The notes under the pieces: generated by a model | The model's database searches: none | What the model was told of the DNA's origin: nothing | The model's input: the letters and a program-made list of their open reading frames with translations, nothing else | Source: Anthoceros angustus | Lineage: Eukaryota; Plantae; Anthocerotophyta | Direction of reading: 5' to 3' | Assembly: GCA_010909165.1 (NCBI GenBank) | Contig: VJWM01000103.1 | Span: 496,001-560,000, forward strand | DNA: 64,000 nt | In this document: positions 12,884 to 24,644 of the stretch, piece by piece | Layout of the letters: the number at the start of each line of letters is the position of its first letter | How positions within the stretch are numbered: position 1 is the first letter of the stretch | Program-made: the position numbers and the translations under genes

Positions 12884-15250
12884 GCTGCAAGATATTCAAA
12901 GCTTCATGCACGCAGTGACTCGAGCAAGCCATTGGAAGAGGAGGTTCCGGCTGTGGAAAAGCTTCGCATTTCCGGAGCTCCTCCTATAATTGTGTAGCAG
13001 AACTACTCCACAGGTCCCGAATCTTGTGATGGGAGATATGTTTATGTGTATGATTTTGGACTACGGACTTCCCTTGGGGGGTTAGGAAAAGGGTAGGGTT
13101 TTGTTTTTTTGTGGGAGCGAAGGATAAAATGAGGCGAAAAAGGGGGAAATAAGCACTTAGCACTCCTGACGGCACTGAGTATACTCCGGACCGAGTGAGG
13201 AACGACTAGCCTACGGCATGGCAAAGCATAAACGGATAAGTCCGACCCACCTGTGACCGCGTGATAAGTACGCCAGTGAAAGTAACTTAGAAGTTGGGCC
13301 GTGGAGGACCAGGCGACGCCACGGACGACCCCGAGTGGAGGACGGCATGCAGGTCGACTGTAACCTGCTGGGCCGCATAGTGTCACGCCACGCCGCGCGC
13401 GGCGAGGGGCCGCAGTACGCGCGTAAGGCCGTAGTACGCTGCAGCCAGAGGGGCCGAGTAAGCCATGCACTGCGCTACGGACAGTGGAAGAGGCGCCCCG
13501 CCCGCCGCACTTCCCAAGGCGTGGTCGCGAGAAGGTCATGCCGCGCACCGAGACACCGCGATCCTCGCGCCGCACCGCGGTATCTCGTGGACACTGACGC
13601 TGCCGCTCACCGCTGAGGCGGAGCGAACGCGCAAGAAGGCGCAACGCTGCCAGCCTCGGCAAGCGGCCACAGAACCAAGGGAGGAGAAGGCGATGGCACC
13701 CAAAAGCCCGGAAGTTTGGGAGCCATGGAACCTTGTGGAGCGCAACATTGTGACCCGCGCTATCCGGACTTTGGGCCGGTGCCAAGAAGGAATCGGGGGC
13801 CATCCGGCCCACCAAGCGATAGGCGGAATAGGGAGGATAGTAGTTAGGTTGCACTGGCCTCATTTCGAATAGAGGTGTAATAAAGGCCGACCTTGGCGTA
13901 GTATAAGAGGGCTAAGGCGCTCTGAATAAATCATCTTTCTCTTGGTGTTGATCTGCGTTCTTGCGAGACCTTTGTGTGTCTTCTTGCTAGCGTGAGTCTG
14001 AGTCAGGCGGGCACAGCTCGGGAGATTGATCGGGGTCACAGTGGCGGACCTAACGTGTTGTGGTGTGTGCGAGGAAGGGTGGCGGTGACCCGTGCTGCGT
14101 CGGGCAGCGACCCGGCCAGACGGGGCGTGTGGCCGGAGGAACTCGGAGGCGTCTGAGCCGGACGGAGGCCGGCGGGCAGCGGAGGTCGGGCCCAGCCAGC
14201 GTCTTTCCTAAGGCGATGAGTGTGGCGTGAGTGGAGAGGAAAGGCCGGAAGTGTGGTGGCAGATGTGAGCGATCTGGGACACGGGTCCCTAAGCGTTTGG
14301 CCATACCGGGGCTGTCACGGTGAGCGTTGCGAGTAGATAGGCGTATGTGTGCGTTGAGGTGAGCAGGCGCAAAGTGAGGTAAGAATCACTGACAAACGGA
14401 GCCTATCATTCCCTTGGGAACGGACTTCTTCCTACAACGACACGGGATTGTGCGCGCCCGGCTGGCCATCAGCGAAAGTCGCGCCACAATGATCTATCGA
14501 GTAAGTTCACTGCGGATTTGATTGCCAATTGCAGCACAATCTTGACCTGGTACAACCTCTGCGAGTACTTGTCAAATTCTAGAATGGGTATGGTGAGGAG
14601 TCATCAAGCTTTGGTACCTGCTGGCTCGATGTTTTGCGTTGGAATTTGGCCTCCAATACCACCACTTAACAGCTGGATCGATTGTCTCTTGATCTGGTCC
14701 AGTGGCTAGAGACGCGGACATTGTGGCAGCGAAAGGGTGGAAGTGACCACATCCTTGTGCTGGGCAAAATCTTTTGGGATTTCATAAGGCAAGACAACAA
14801 GTCTTACCTAGGCCCTATGGGCCCTGTGGCAGCTCCTTGCTCTATCCTCCTCAGATGCGGAACCTAACAAAGCTCTTGCTTGAACGGCACCCCTGGGATG
14901 AGAAGGATATCGGAGTGCCTCATTCGACCTTTTTCCACCCTTCCTTAGATGACGACATTAGGTTATGGCAGCAGTATGCACTTAACAGGCCCAGAGACAG
15001 TTTGGTGAGCCTCGCAGGATTGCCAAGGCCTGGTGACCCCAACAATATCCGTACTTGACTTATCCAACAGTGTGAAGAGAAGAGGAATGTGAGCCTATGC
15101 CAGGTATTGAGGTGCCTTAAGCCTGAGACCACAATGAAGCGCTTTCTCAACTCTCACTTCCGTTTGGAACCAGTGGGAGATAGCCCCAACCGACGGTCCA
15201 TCTTTGACCATCTGGAAGGGCTATCAATAGGGCTTATACTCGATATGAAA
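12884..15250 (+). pseudogene. GT47 (exostosin family, xyloglucan galactosyltransferase-like) pseudogene, copy 1, split by a solo LTR
   Basis: Fragments 'SCDGRYVYVYD', 'WYNLCEYLSN', 'GGSDHILVLGKIFWDF', 'LLERHPW..VPHSTFFHP', 'EPVGDSPNRRSIFD', with stops and frameshifts. Confidence 0.88.
13055..14488 (+). mobile_element. Solo LTR (1434 bp) with 5-bp TSD ATGAT
   Basis: ATGAT at 13050-13054 and 14489-14493. Removing the insert restores colinearity with GT47 copy 2. Ends ...GCCACA and starts TTTGGA (degenerate TG). TATA-like (~13901) and AATAAA (~13926) inside. Confidence 0.8.
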
Positions 15251-16264
15251 TATGTAAATGATGCTCAATAAGATAGAAAGATTTTTTAACTTCTCGTGGT
15301 TCTCCATTCGCACGTTCCTATTCTGCAATGTCCACCGCTTATGCCACCCTAGCTACAACGCATTATTCCATTGCCCCCGGCCAACATCCCCCATGCTTTG
15401 GGCGGTGGTGCTTCTTCTCGGTGCTCCTTTTATCGTGGCATCGCTCACCTCCCGCATGTCGCTGCTCGATACTTGGTCCCGGCATCACTCTCTCTAGCTT
15501 TTATGTGCCCATGTCTTCATTCTAACTTATGGAGCCTACATGTTTACATAGGTACCGAGTAAATTACATAGTTTGGTCTTCAAGTACTAAAGGCTAATGA
15601 TTGTTATATATTTATCTCTATTTATATATAATATTTTTTAGATAAGCAGATGAATCACCTAACCCAAGCTTTCCCCCTTCAATCGGTGTGGATGGTAAAA
15701 ATATTATATATACGTAATTTGTTTGTTCGGCCGTGTATAGACAATTTGTTGTTTTCTCTTTAAAGGAATATGTAGCGAGCTCGGGAGCTGAGATGCGTGG
15801 GAGGTACCCAATCCTAAGCGCAAGTATAACTGTTGTGCAAGCGGAAGTAGAAGGCATAGGAGTAGGGGGAGCACAACACAGAGCTGGTGTAGGGGTGCGA
15901 GCTCGGGAAGCGTAAATGGTGGCCTTCATCATCTCCTCGGGTGTCTCGCATGCGCATGTGCAATACGGTGGCGCAGCCCACGAGGAGCAGCAGTTGATGT
16001 GCACGGGCTCTTGCTCCTCGACATGGAGCGCCCTCTCCTTATGCAAAGACATGGTACGTACTAACTCAAGTAATACAACCGTATAGATTTCACACCAAAA
16101 ATCCTTTTACAATAATATTTCTTGCACAGAATAAACTTATCCCCTAAAAAATAAGGTTGGTTGTGGCAAAGTTATAAAGCTTTCTAACACCTTGGGCTCT
16201 TGCTCATACTTTAAAATACTTATTTCTGCCTATTGTTGACTACTCTCAACTCAATTTGAATTAA

Positions 16265-16979
16265 TCATGACTGGTTAGGAGGAGGAGGGATACTGCTAGG
16301 GGAAGGCGTACACTCTTCCTTGGATGGGTCACATACATAGAGGTACATCGTTCTAGGACTATTTGCATAGTTTTTGTCTCCAAAGACATATTCCCAAGCT
16401 TGTTGGGAAAGAATCAAATCTGACCTATGCTCGCCTTGATCCGGGGGCATCTTGTCCACAATTGCGATCAAGATAGTAGTGTCAACACAAAGTTTTGGAT
16501 CAAAAGTTTTGCCATCTCCATTTGGATCACCCCTGCACATATTAAAGTACACATTGCAATTTTTCCCATCTCTCCAGATATCATCGTCGCCTATCGCCCA
16601 TACACCGTATGAGAGCACTCCATCATGGACAGTTGGGTTCCCCGCCCAACAACTATTAGCTGCAAACAAGGGAAACGACAATTTGAATCCTAGTTAGAAA
16701 ACAAATAATTTGAAAAGAAGTTCTTCTAATATTGAATGGTTAAATAAAATCTGAAATAACATTTTTTGCACTATGCGGCTACTTACGATCTATGTGCCAC
16801 ACATCCACATTACTTGCGTTATGAACAAACAATAGGAAATCATAATCTTGAATCATAGCTCCAGGCAATTGTGCGGCAGTTGCTCTCTTGAGATGGAAGG
16901 GTCGAGCACTTGCACCCACGGAAAGCACCAAAAGGTAAATTATGAAGACAAGAGACATTGTAAATGCACGGTACGTCAT
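16265..16979 (-). CDS. Secreted EG45-like / plant natriuretic peptide-like double-psi beta-barrel protein, 2 exons (16979-16787, 16689-16265)
   Basis: Hydrophobic signal peptide 'MSLVFIIYLLVLSVGASA'. In-phase 97-nt GTAAGT...TAG intron. 'SCW...IWRDGKNC..F.MC.G...C...I.IVD...DLILSQQAW' follows the EG45/DPBB pattern; Pro/Ser-rich tail. Confidence 0.72.
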
Positions 16980-17564
16980 TGCTATATACTTGAAGCAACG
17001 CAAAGCAAGATAGAGGAAGGAAAATTTGTAGCAAAAGAAAACTAAATTGGCCAAACAAGATTGAAACTGTATAGTACTTTTGCTAGATGTCATTCACATA
17101 TATAGCAAAACAATGTGTCCATCTCGACCAAAACAAATGTTATTTTCTTAGTATTTCATAATAATATACATTTGAAACTGCTTGGTTTTTTGGTTTTGAA
17201 CTATTTCTAGGAAACTTCATCAAAATTTTATCCCAAATACTTAACTACTTGGTCAAATCAAACTTAACTCTCAGTGTAAATGATCTTTTTGTAACAAAAC
17301 ACATAGCAAACCTTTACGAAATTTGCCAAAATTTTATCCCAACTAATTGAAACTCCGAATCAAACTTAATTCCTTGTGTAAATGATTTTTTTGCAATATA
17401 ACACATTAAAATAGGGCTTTTATTGAACAAAAAGGGGAAAGCCCTACAACAATGAAGTTAAACACCAAAGCAAGAAGGACCTCAAAGACCCTCAGGCAAA
17501 CACATTGAAAACCTGAGAATTTTAAAGTAAGGGAAGGGTAATCGATGAAAAGAATAAGAGAAAG

Positions 17565-17605
17565 TATAATAATAATAATAATAATGGATATTATAATAAT
17601 AATGG
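17565..17605. repeat. (AAT)n microsatellite, interrupted
   Basis: tataataataataataataatggatattataataataatgg. Confidence 0.85.
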
Positions 17606-17896
17606 ATATAGTAGTGGTTCATACTAGCCACATGAGCAACTCATGGTAATCAATGCAAGTAAATTTTGATTTTGCTCAAAAGTAGGCATGAACTATAGCC
17701 CAACTACCACATGCTGTTTGTTCATTATATTTCTAAACAATTATTTCAGTCCTAAGTACAGAATTCAAAGCCTTAAGAGGAACTTGGACATGTTCAACAC
17801 AAGGAACCATGTCGTATCGTATTCTTTACAACTCGTTAAACAACCACTTCAATCACATAACTTACCTTCCAATAAAGGACTCATTGTCCATAACAT

Positions 17897-18420
17897 AAAA
17901 CTATTGTTCTCCGCTCCGCTCCATCTCCGCTCAGGTCATCACTAACCGTCCAGGGCCCTTGCACGGAGTAGCCGCTCAAGGTCATAAATATAGCAGGATG
18001 CAAGCGGGCCACCTCTTTATTCCGCTTGCACTAGAAACGTATGGGGCAATGGCTGAGGACTTTGACAAATTTGTCAAGTCCTGTGCCAAAGCTTACCATG
18101 CACGTAGACACGGTGCGGGGCTGTCCCTCTCGTACTTCACAGCATACTTCCGACAACGGGTTTCAATTGCCCTTCAACGGGCGCTCTCAACGGCGATCCT
18201 CCACAAGGCGGCGACAGTAGGTGACGCATCTTCCTCTACCTCCGTGGTTTGCAGGCCGTTTATTCTTCCTGCATATGACATTGTGGGTGCAGTAGGTGAC
18301 TTTAGGTAGGGAGCTTAGTTGCTCCTCTTCACCTTGACCCCCTGGTCCCCTTTGGTTGTCCCCTCCTAGATGGGCTTTTCCCATCGTTTTTTCACCTCAA
18401 TAAAATCTCAAAACTATTGT
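17897..18420 (+). mobile_element. 5'-truncated non-LTR retrotransposon of the RLE (CRE-like) type with an 11-bp TSD
   Basis: ORF end 'KY....G..FIPLALETYG.....YFRQRVSIALQRA' fits the C-terminal restriction-like endonuclease region. 3' UTR with AATAAA. Flanked by AAAACTATTGT at 17897-17907 and 18410-18420. Confidence 0.75.
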
Positions 18421-18623
18421 ACTGTCACCTCACAAATTTTCCTAGCGTTGTTTCGTGAGACACTTGAACACTTTTAGCACAATGAACTATAGTGTTTTAC
18501 ACAACAACATCAAAGCAAATCATCCAATGTCAAGACCAGTCGCAAACATATCAACCGGCCGGAGCACCACGGGGAGGACATAATGGGGAGCAATGAAGCA
18601 ACATGGCACCTGACGAGGAAGCC

Positions 18624-19204
18624 GCTGCGAGACATTCAAAGCTTCATGCACGCAGTGACTCGAGCAAGCCATTGGAAGAGGAGGTTCTGGCTGTGGAAAA
18701 GCTTCGCATTTCAGGAGGTTCTGGCTGTGGAAAAGATTCGCATTTCAGGAGGTACTGGTTGTGGAAAAGCTTCGCATTTCCGGAGCTCCTCCTATAATTG
18801 TGGAGCAGAACTACTCCACAGGTCCCGAATCTTGTGATGGGAGATATGTTTATGTGTATGATCTGCCGAATAAGTTCACTATAGATTTGATTGCCAATTG
18901 CAACACGATCTTGACCTGGTACAACCTCTGCCAGTACTTGTCAAATTCTAGAATGGGTATGGTGAGGAGTTATCAAGCTTAGGTACCTGCTGGCTCGATG
19001 TTTTGCGTTGGAATTTTGCCTCCAATACCACCACTTAACAGCTGGATCGACTGTCTCTTGATTTGGTCCGGTGGCTAGAGATGCGGACATTATGGCATCG
19101 AAAGGGTGGAAGTGACCACGTCCTCGTGCTTGGCAAAATCTCTTGGGATTTCATAAGGCAAGACAACAAGTCTTACCTAGGCCCTATGGGCCCTGTGGCA
19201 GCTC
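18624..19204 (+). pseudogene. GT47 pseudogene, copy 2 (3'-truncated near-identical duplicate of copy 1)
   Basis: High nucleotide identity to 12884-13054 plus 14494-14835; shares the same lesions. Confidence 0.88.
18681..18782. repeat. 34-bp tandem repeat x3 inside GT47 copy 2 (single unit in copy 1)
   Basis: Units start at 18681, 18715 and 18749 (GAGGTTCTGGCTGTGGAAAAGCTTCGCATTTCAG). Confidence 0.92.
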
Positions 19205-19229
19205 TTTCTCAACTCTTACTTTGATCTCC

Positions 19230-19370
19230 CTAATCATGACATTGTAGGCACTGTAGGTGATTCTAGACATGTAATTTAATTGCTCCTTCTTTAGTGTTAC
19301 CTTTAGGGTCTCCCTTGATGTCTTTAAGTAGATGGCTTCACCCATCTCCTCTTTTCTTCATAAAAACTAC
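19230..19370 (+). mobile_element. Second, more diverged 3' end of the CRE-like element
   Basis: 'atgacattgtaggcactgtaggtgattctag...tagatggcttcacccatc...cataaaaa' resembles 18274-18409. Confidence 0.55.
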
Positions 19371-19974
19371 AATCTATTAAGCTTTGAAGACTAACATTGT
19401 CTTAAAGTTTATAGCTTTATTAGCTCACTGATGTTTATAAAAAGTTGTTGAATTTTAAGTACCCACTTAATCTTCGTAAGTATATAGGTACATATATGTA
19501 GGTAGTATGGAGTATGCAAGTTGTTCGTGCTCGAATGAAATACGGTACGTACCTATCAGGATTGGGGAGACGTGGTTTGACAGCGGTTGGGAGCGACAAA
19601 GCGAAAATAGGGGGATGGTAGAATCATGGCCATGGTGCGCTGGCGATGGCGTACTTAAGCGAGTGCAGCCCTGGAATTGGAGGTGACGTCCAACTCTCGG
19701 TCGAAGCGCTGAAGCTGCGCCCTCGTCCTCAATCTCTTGGCGTTGCTGCTGCCGCCCAGAGGGTTCTTGGAGCACGTCTCGGGGCCGATTCTTGACGCTC
19801 GGCATCGGGCCGGGCTTGCGCCCCGGGCGGTCTGCTCTGCATGTGCTTGCGCATCCTGGGAGGTGGTCATGCTTGCCTGTGCGCAACCCGGCGTGGTGTT
19901 GAGGAATTAGGGACCGAGAGGAGCGCGCTCACTTCGTTGGGGCTAGGAAGCGAGTGGGGGATCGGCTTCCTGCA

Positions 19975-21286
19975 ATGTCTGCGGTCGTCTGCGGCAAGCG
20001 TTCCCTGTTCGACGACCTCTACTCCTCTCCTCCCAGCGCAAAGAGGATTCGTTGTGGAGGAGGTTCCCCTATTCGCTTCTCTTCATTGTCCCCGCCCCCA
20101 AGGAGTAGCCCCACCGGGGCCTCCGAGGCAGCGGGGACCTCCGAGACTTCGGCTCACCATATTTGCCCTCCAGCCGAGCAACAGGAGCCACTCTCACGGC
20201 TTCGCCAGCTTTTCCCCGACATGGATGGACAGGTGTGCTGCTAGAATGTGTCGCTTGTCGCTTAGGGTTTCCTTTGATTTTGAAAGGCATGCTTCCCGGC
20301 TTCCGCTTTCCTGATGCATGTTGAGTTGCATGGCAGCTGTTGGAAAGAGTCCTCGAAGCCTGTGGGAGTAACCTAGACTCTGCTATTAAGAGTCTTAGCG
20401 ACTTGCGGCTTGGTTCCAATGAGCGCAGTTCATCCAAAGACGAGCACTTGGACAGCGCCTCTGTCTCTCAACAGGATGCAGAGCAATCATCTCCTGGTAG
20501 GTTCGTCACCGTCAAGGGCGTGCTGGACGAGCAGTTCTTTTCCGTTCGGTGCTATACTTGTTTTTTTGATGGACAGCGTGGTACCCGTCTTATGTTTTTG
20601 CTTCATCAGCTGTTACAGGCAGGCCAGGGAACGGGAACCATGTGGAGTCTACTTCCCCCCATGTTCCAGCTGACGGGAGGGAGTGGGTTGAATTGGTAGT
20701 TGGGGAGATGATGAATGCCACGGATCTAGATGATGCACGAGCAAGGGCTACAAGGGCTCTCGAGGCATTTGAGAAGGCAGTCACTTCTCGTTCCACAGAG
20801 ATGTTGCAGAAGGTTTGCTAATAGAAGATTTCGGTGTTTACTTGTATGGACGGCCGTATGTAATTTGTGCATTGTGTTGTTCCTCCTATGTGTTTTGACT
20901 GTGTATCATTGTGGCAGGAGAATGCTGCGTTTAGGGAGCAGCTGCAGGCGTTATGCCGTGACAATCAGATATTGAAACGTGCCTGTATCATTCAGCATGA
21001 AAGGCAAGCTGAGCATGAGAACCGTGCTCGTGAGTTGGAGCAGCTGAAACAGCTGTGCTCGAAGTATCAGGAACAGCTGCGGAATTTGGAGGTACGTGAT
21101 CTCGGACCGTACTCTCTCTCAGACCCCCTGTTGGGTCACTTTGAGGATGATTCCACAGTATTTCTGATATTTGTCTCGCTTGTTGTGTGGATGCACCAGA
21201 TGAATAACTATGCACTCAGCTTACATCTTCGCAAAGCACAGGAAGGGGGTTCCATTCCTGGACGATTCCACCCGGATGTGTTTTAG
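19975..21286 (+). CDS. Plant CUE (ubiquitin-binding) domain and coiled-coil protein, multi-exon
   Basis: 'MSAVVCGKRSLFDD', 'LRQLFPDMDGQ/LLERVLEACGSNLDSAIKSL', 'GSEWVELVVGEMMNA', C-terminal 'NNYALSLHLRKAQ...FHPDVF*'; GT-AG introns. Confidence 0.85.
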
Positions 21287-22095
21287 GTCCTTGGGAAATT
21301 GTAGAGCAGGGATTTGAGCTGCAATTCAGGTATAGTTTAGACTGGTGAAGGAAGTTCGTACATGCTAGCTTTCAGGGATGCCTCAGCATGTAGGTGGAGA
21401 CTTCATTGCAGAACTCACACGACGAGATCGGTTCTGTTCTGCACAATGGCAATACTAGACATTTGAAAGTACATGGAAGCACTCAGATTTCCCGGAGGTT
21501 TGCTAAGAGAGATGGTGTTCATAAGAGCCATGCAGGTACAATTGTTTTCAGGGTTTGACAGGGCATGTTCCTTCAGGTAGGTCTGCCCACAGTTTAGGTA
21601 CTTGTGTCAGCAGTCTGTTTGTGCGTGGAGGTATCAGTTCCTCACACTGACGACGTTGTGTTGTAAGCGTAGTGGACAGGGGCCCGCAGGGGTTGCAGTA
21701 ATGTTGGACGAACAGTTAGGTACTTAATTATTGAGGAAGGACAATAACAAAGGTCTTTTCCATCCTGCGGATATTTGGACTCATCACCTAGGTAGCCTCT
21801 TGTACTGAATTCAGTTCATTCTATTGTACCGGACTACAAATGGAAGTGCATTAGAGGAAATAGACAATGGGGTGCATCCCGAAAGCCAACTTAGTTATAC
21901 TTGTCCGGTTGTATTGCGGGAAAGAGACTAGAAATATGGTTATGTAGCAGCTTCTAGGGAGCATCCCATTCTTGGACGCCTTTGATCCAGTAGTCCATAC
22001 GTGAGCAGGTGCTTGAAATTGTCTCACCCTCCGGTCACTATTAGCCGCAGTTCTAGTGTACAAGTGAGATGCCTAGCAGTAGTCTATCGATCTAG

Positions 22096-24644
22096 TTAGG
22101 TCGCAGAATCGGCGGAGATGGAAAGAATGACGGTGTCGATAACCTGGGACAGATTCTCCCAATTGATGGGTTTTGTTAGATAGCCGTCCAACCTCATGGC
22201 TTCCAGAGACTCCCGCTCCTTGGTCAGGACATCTGCAGTTAGGGCATAAATGGGGATACTGGCAACCTTGGTGCCCAGCGCCCTCACAAGCTTTGTGGCT
22301 TGGAGCCCATCCAGCACGGGCATCTGGAGGTCCATGAGCACCATGTCGTAGCTTTTTTCCTGAACGGCCTCCAGTGCCTCCTGGCCGTTGCTCACCAGGT
22401 CCACCGAGTGCCCGTAGTGCTGCAGCATTCTCCGCAGCAGCAGCTGGCTCACCTTGTCGTCCTCGGCTGCCAGCACCCGGAGGGACCTGCTTGTCGTCTT
22501 CAGCGAGTTGGATTTTAGAGGAGAGGGCCTGTCCGCGCCTGACACCTGCCTGGAAGGGTCCAGAGCCGGCTGCAGCGGGATGCAGAAGGCGAAGGTGCTG
22601 CCTTTGCCCACCTCGCTCTCCACCCAGATCCTGCCTCCCATGGCCGTCACCAGCCCCTTGCTGATGGCCAGGCCCAACCCGGTGCCGCCGAACTTCCTGG
22701 TGGTGCTCGTGTCTGCCTGCGAGAAGGACTGGAACAGCCTCCCCTGCTGCTCGATGCTGAGCCCTATCCCAGAGTCCTTCACCCTCACTTCATGCCATAT
22801 ACGATGCTCCTGCTCCTGTTCTTGCTCCTGCTGCGATTTTGCTGCCTCCTCCCCTGCTTGTGCTAACTTCTCGCTCTCCATCCTCTTTGGGTGTGTGAAG
22901 CTGAGCTTGGCTTGTTCCTTGCCTTCAGGCTTTTGGGTTGTGTCGGGCTCCGTGGATCCATGGGGCGGACCTGTCGGGCCTGGATGAGCCCACAGCAATG
23001 TTTTGAGACTGCAGTTCAAAAACAAGACAGCCAGGAAGAAATCAGACTGTGAAGAGTGCGCACCCCCTACCAGCAACAGGTAGCCAGGAGATGTCGATGC
23101 CGCCGGTTTGAGTGAACTTGATGGCATTGCTGACGAGATTGGTGATCACCTGCCGGATCCGCTCGTCTCCCCTGACCGCCTGTTGCCCGCTCTCGGGCAT
23201 GCGCACGGTGAGCTTGAGATTTTTCTCCGCCAGCTTGCCCTGAAACAAGGCGCACAGCTGCTCCAGAAGCTCACCGATGTGGAAGTCCGACACATCCAGG
23301 GTGAATTGCCCGGACTGGATAGCGGAGAAGTCGAGGATCTCATCCAGGACCTGCATGAGGCCCTCTGCGGAGCCTTGCATGATGCGCACGAATGAGGCCT
23401 GTTCAGGGGACAGGGATGTCAGGCGCAGCAGCTCCAGCATGCCCAGCACTCCCGTCATGGGAGTGCGCAGCTCGTGGCTCATCATGGCCATGAACTGAGT
23501 CTTGGCCTTGTCGGCAGCTTCCACGGCCGCCCTCGCATCCCTCTCCGCAGTGATGTCATCGAAGAACCAGATGCGCCCGTGAGTGACATTCTTGCTCACG
23601 GGATAGGACCGCACCCGGAACACCCGCCTGGGATCCTTTAGCTCCCACTCCCACTCAAACAGCTGATCACGATGGGCGCCTACCTGCTTGAAGCATCTGC
23701 TCCGCAAACGTCAGACCGGTTTCCACAACACACAGCTTCACAAGCACAGACAGCATCATCCGAAGCAGAGAGCTCGACAGAGCGACCGCCCACACACACC
23801 TGTAGGCAGACGCCCGGACGACGCAGCGATCGGCAAGTCGGCACATCCCGGCAGCCACCGCGCTCGTGTCGACTTCCCCCGCCCCATCCAAACCCAGCAG
23901 CTCGGATGCCGCAGAATTGATGAGGCACGGCCCGATTCCGTCATCCACAAACACCACCGCCTGAGGCATGGTCCTGAGGATGACATCAAACCGCCTGCCC
24001 ATCCGATCCCAGCACAAGGTGCGCACCTTTGCCGCCAGCAGCAGGGGCAGAGACTGCCCTGCATCATCCATCACCTGCTCGCAATCCGGAGGAACACTGC
24101 CCGGCTCCAACCACAGTGCGTAGCAGATACCCAGATGTCCCTCCAACCTGAACTCCGTCGCCAGGAGCCGCTGAGGCCGGTCACCCAGCACCACCGATAG
24201 CATGCTGGGCAAGGTCATCCTCTCCGTGCTCACCACTCTCCCGGTTCCAGCTGCCTTCAGCACTGCCTTGTTGAATCTCACAGGCACCGTCATGCGGCCC
24301 TGAGGCACGCACAGCACCGTCTCCGCCACATTCATGCGCACCAGGGCCGCCACCAGAAGGTCGCACGCGAGAGAGGTGGCAACGATCTGCAACACGGACT
24401 GCGGGAGCTCAGGCTCTGAGGACCCCCCCGTCCTCGGATCCGAGTTCTCCTCTCTGCCCGCGTCCACTCCAAGCGAACCCGGCGGAATCCGCAGAATGCT
24501 GGCCGCCACCCCGTCCCTGCCCGCACCTCCCAAAGATCCGCCTGGCCCCATCCTCGCTCTCTTGACTCCTCCATCGGCTGATTCCCCCGCCCCTCTCAAG
24601 CTGGTGCCCAAATCGTCCTGCTCACCACTGACTGCAGCACTCAT
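22096..24644 (-). CDS. Soluble hybrid histidine kinase (GAF-like, PAS-like, HisKA, HATPase, receiver), 3 exons
   Basis: H-box 'SHELRTPM', N-box 'NLVSNAIKFT', G1 'DSGIG', G2 'GGTGLGL', receiver 'AEDD...DLQMP...ALTA...KP'. Two in-phase GT-AG introns can be placed (~23810-23700 and a 91-nt intron at ~23070-22980). No transmembrane segment seen. Confidence 0.9.

Noticed and set aside
13749-14319. Possible smaller LTR nested inside the solo LTR (TGTGAC ... GTCACG)
   Set aside because: Flanks (AACAT versus GTGAG) do not form a TSD and the right end is not CA.
15618-16052. 144-aa minus-strand ORF with Cys/Pro-rich content
   Set aside because: GC-rich patch that may be a gene fragment, but I could not assign a family or a credible gene structure.
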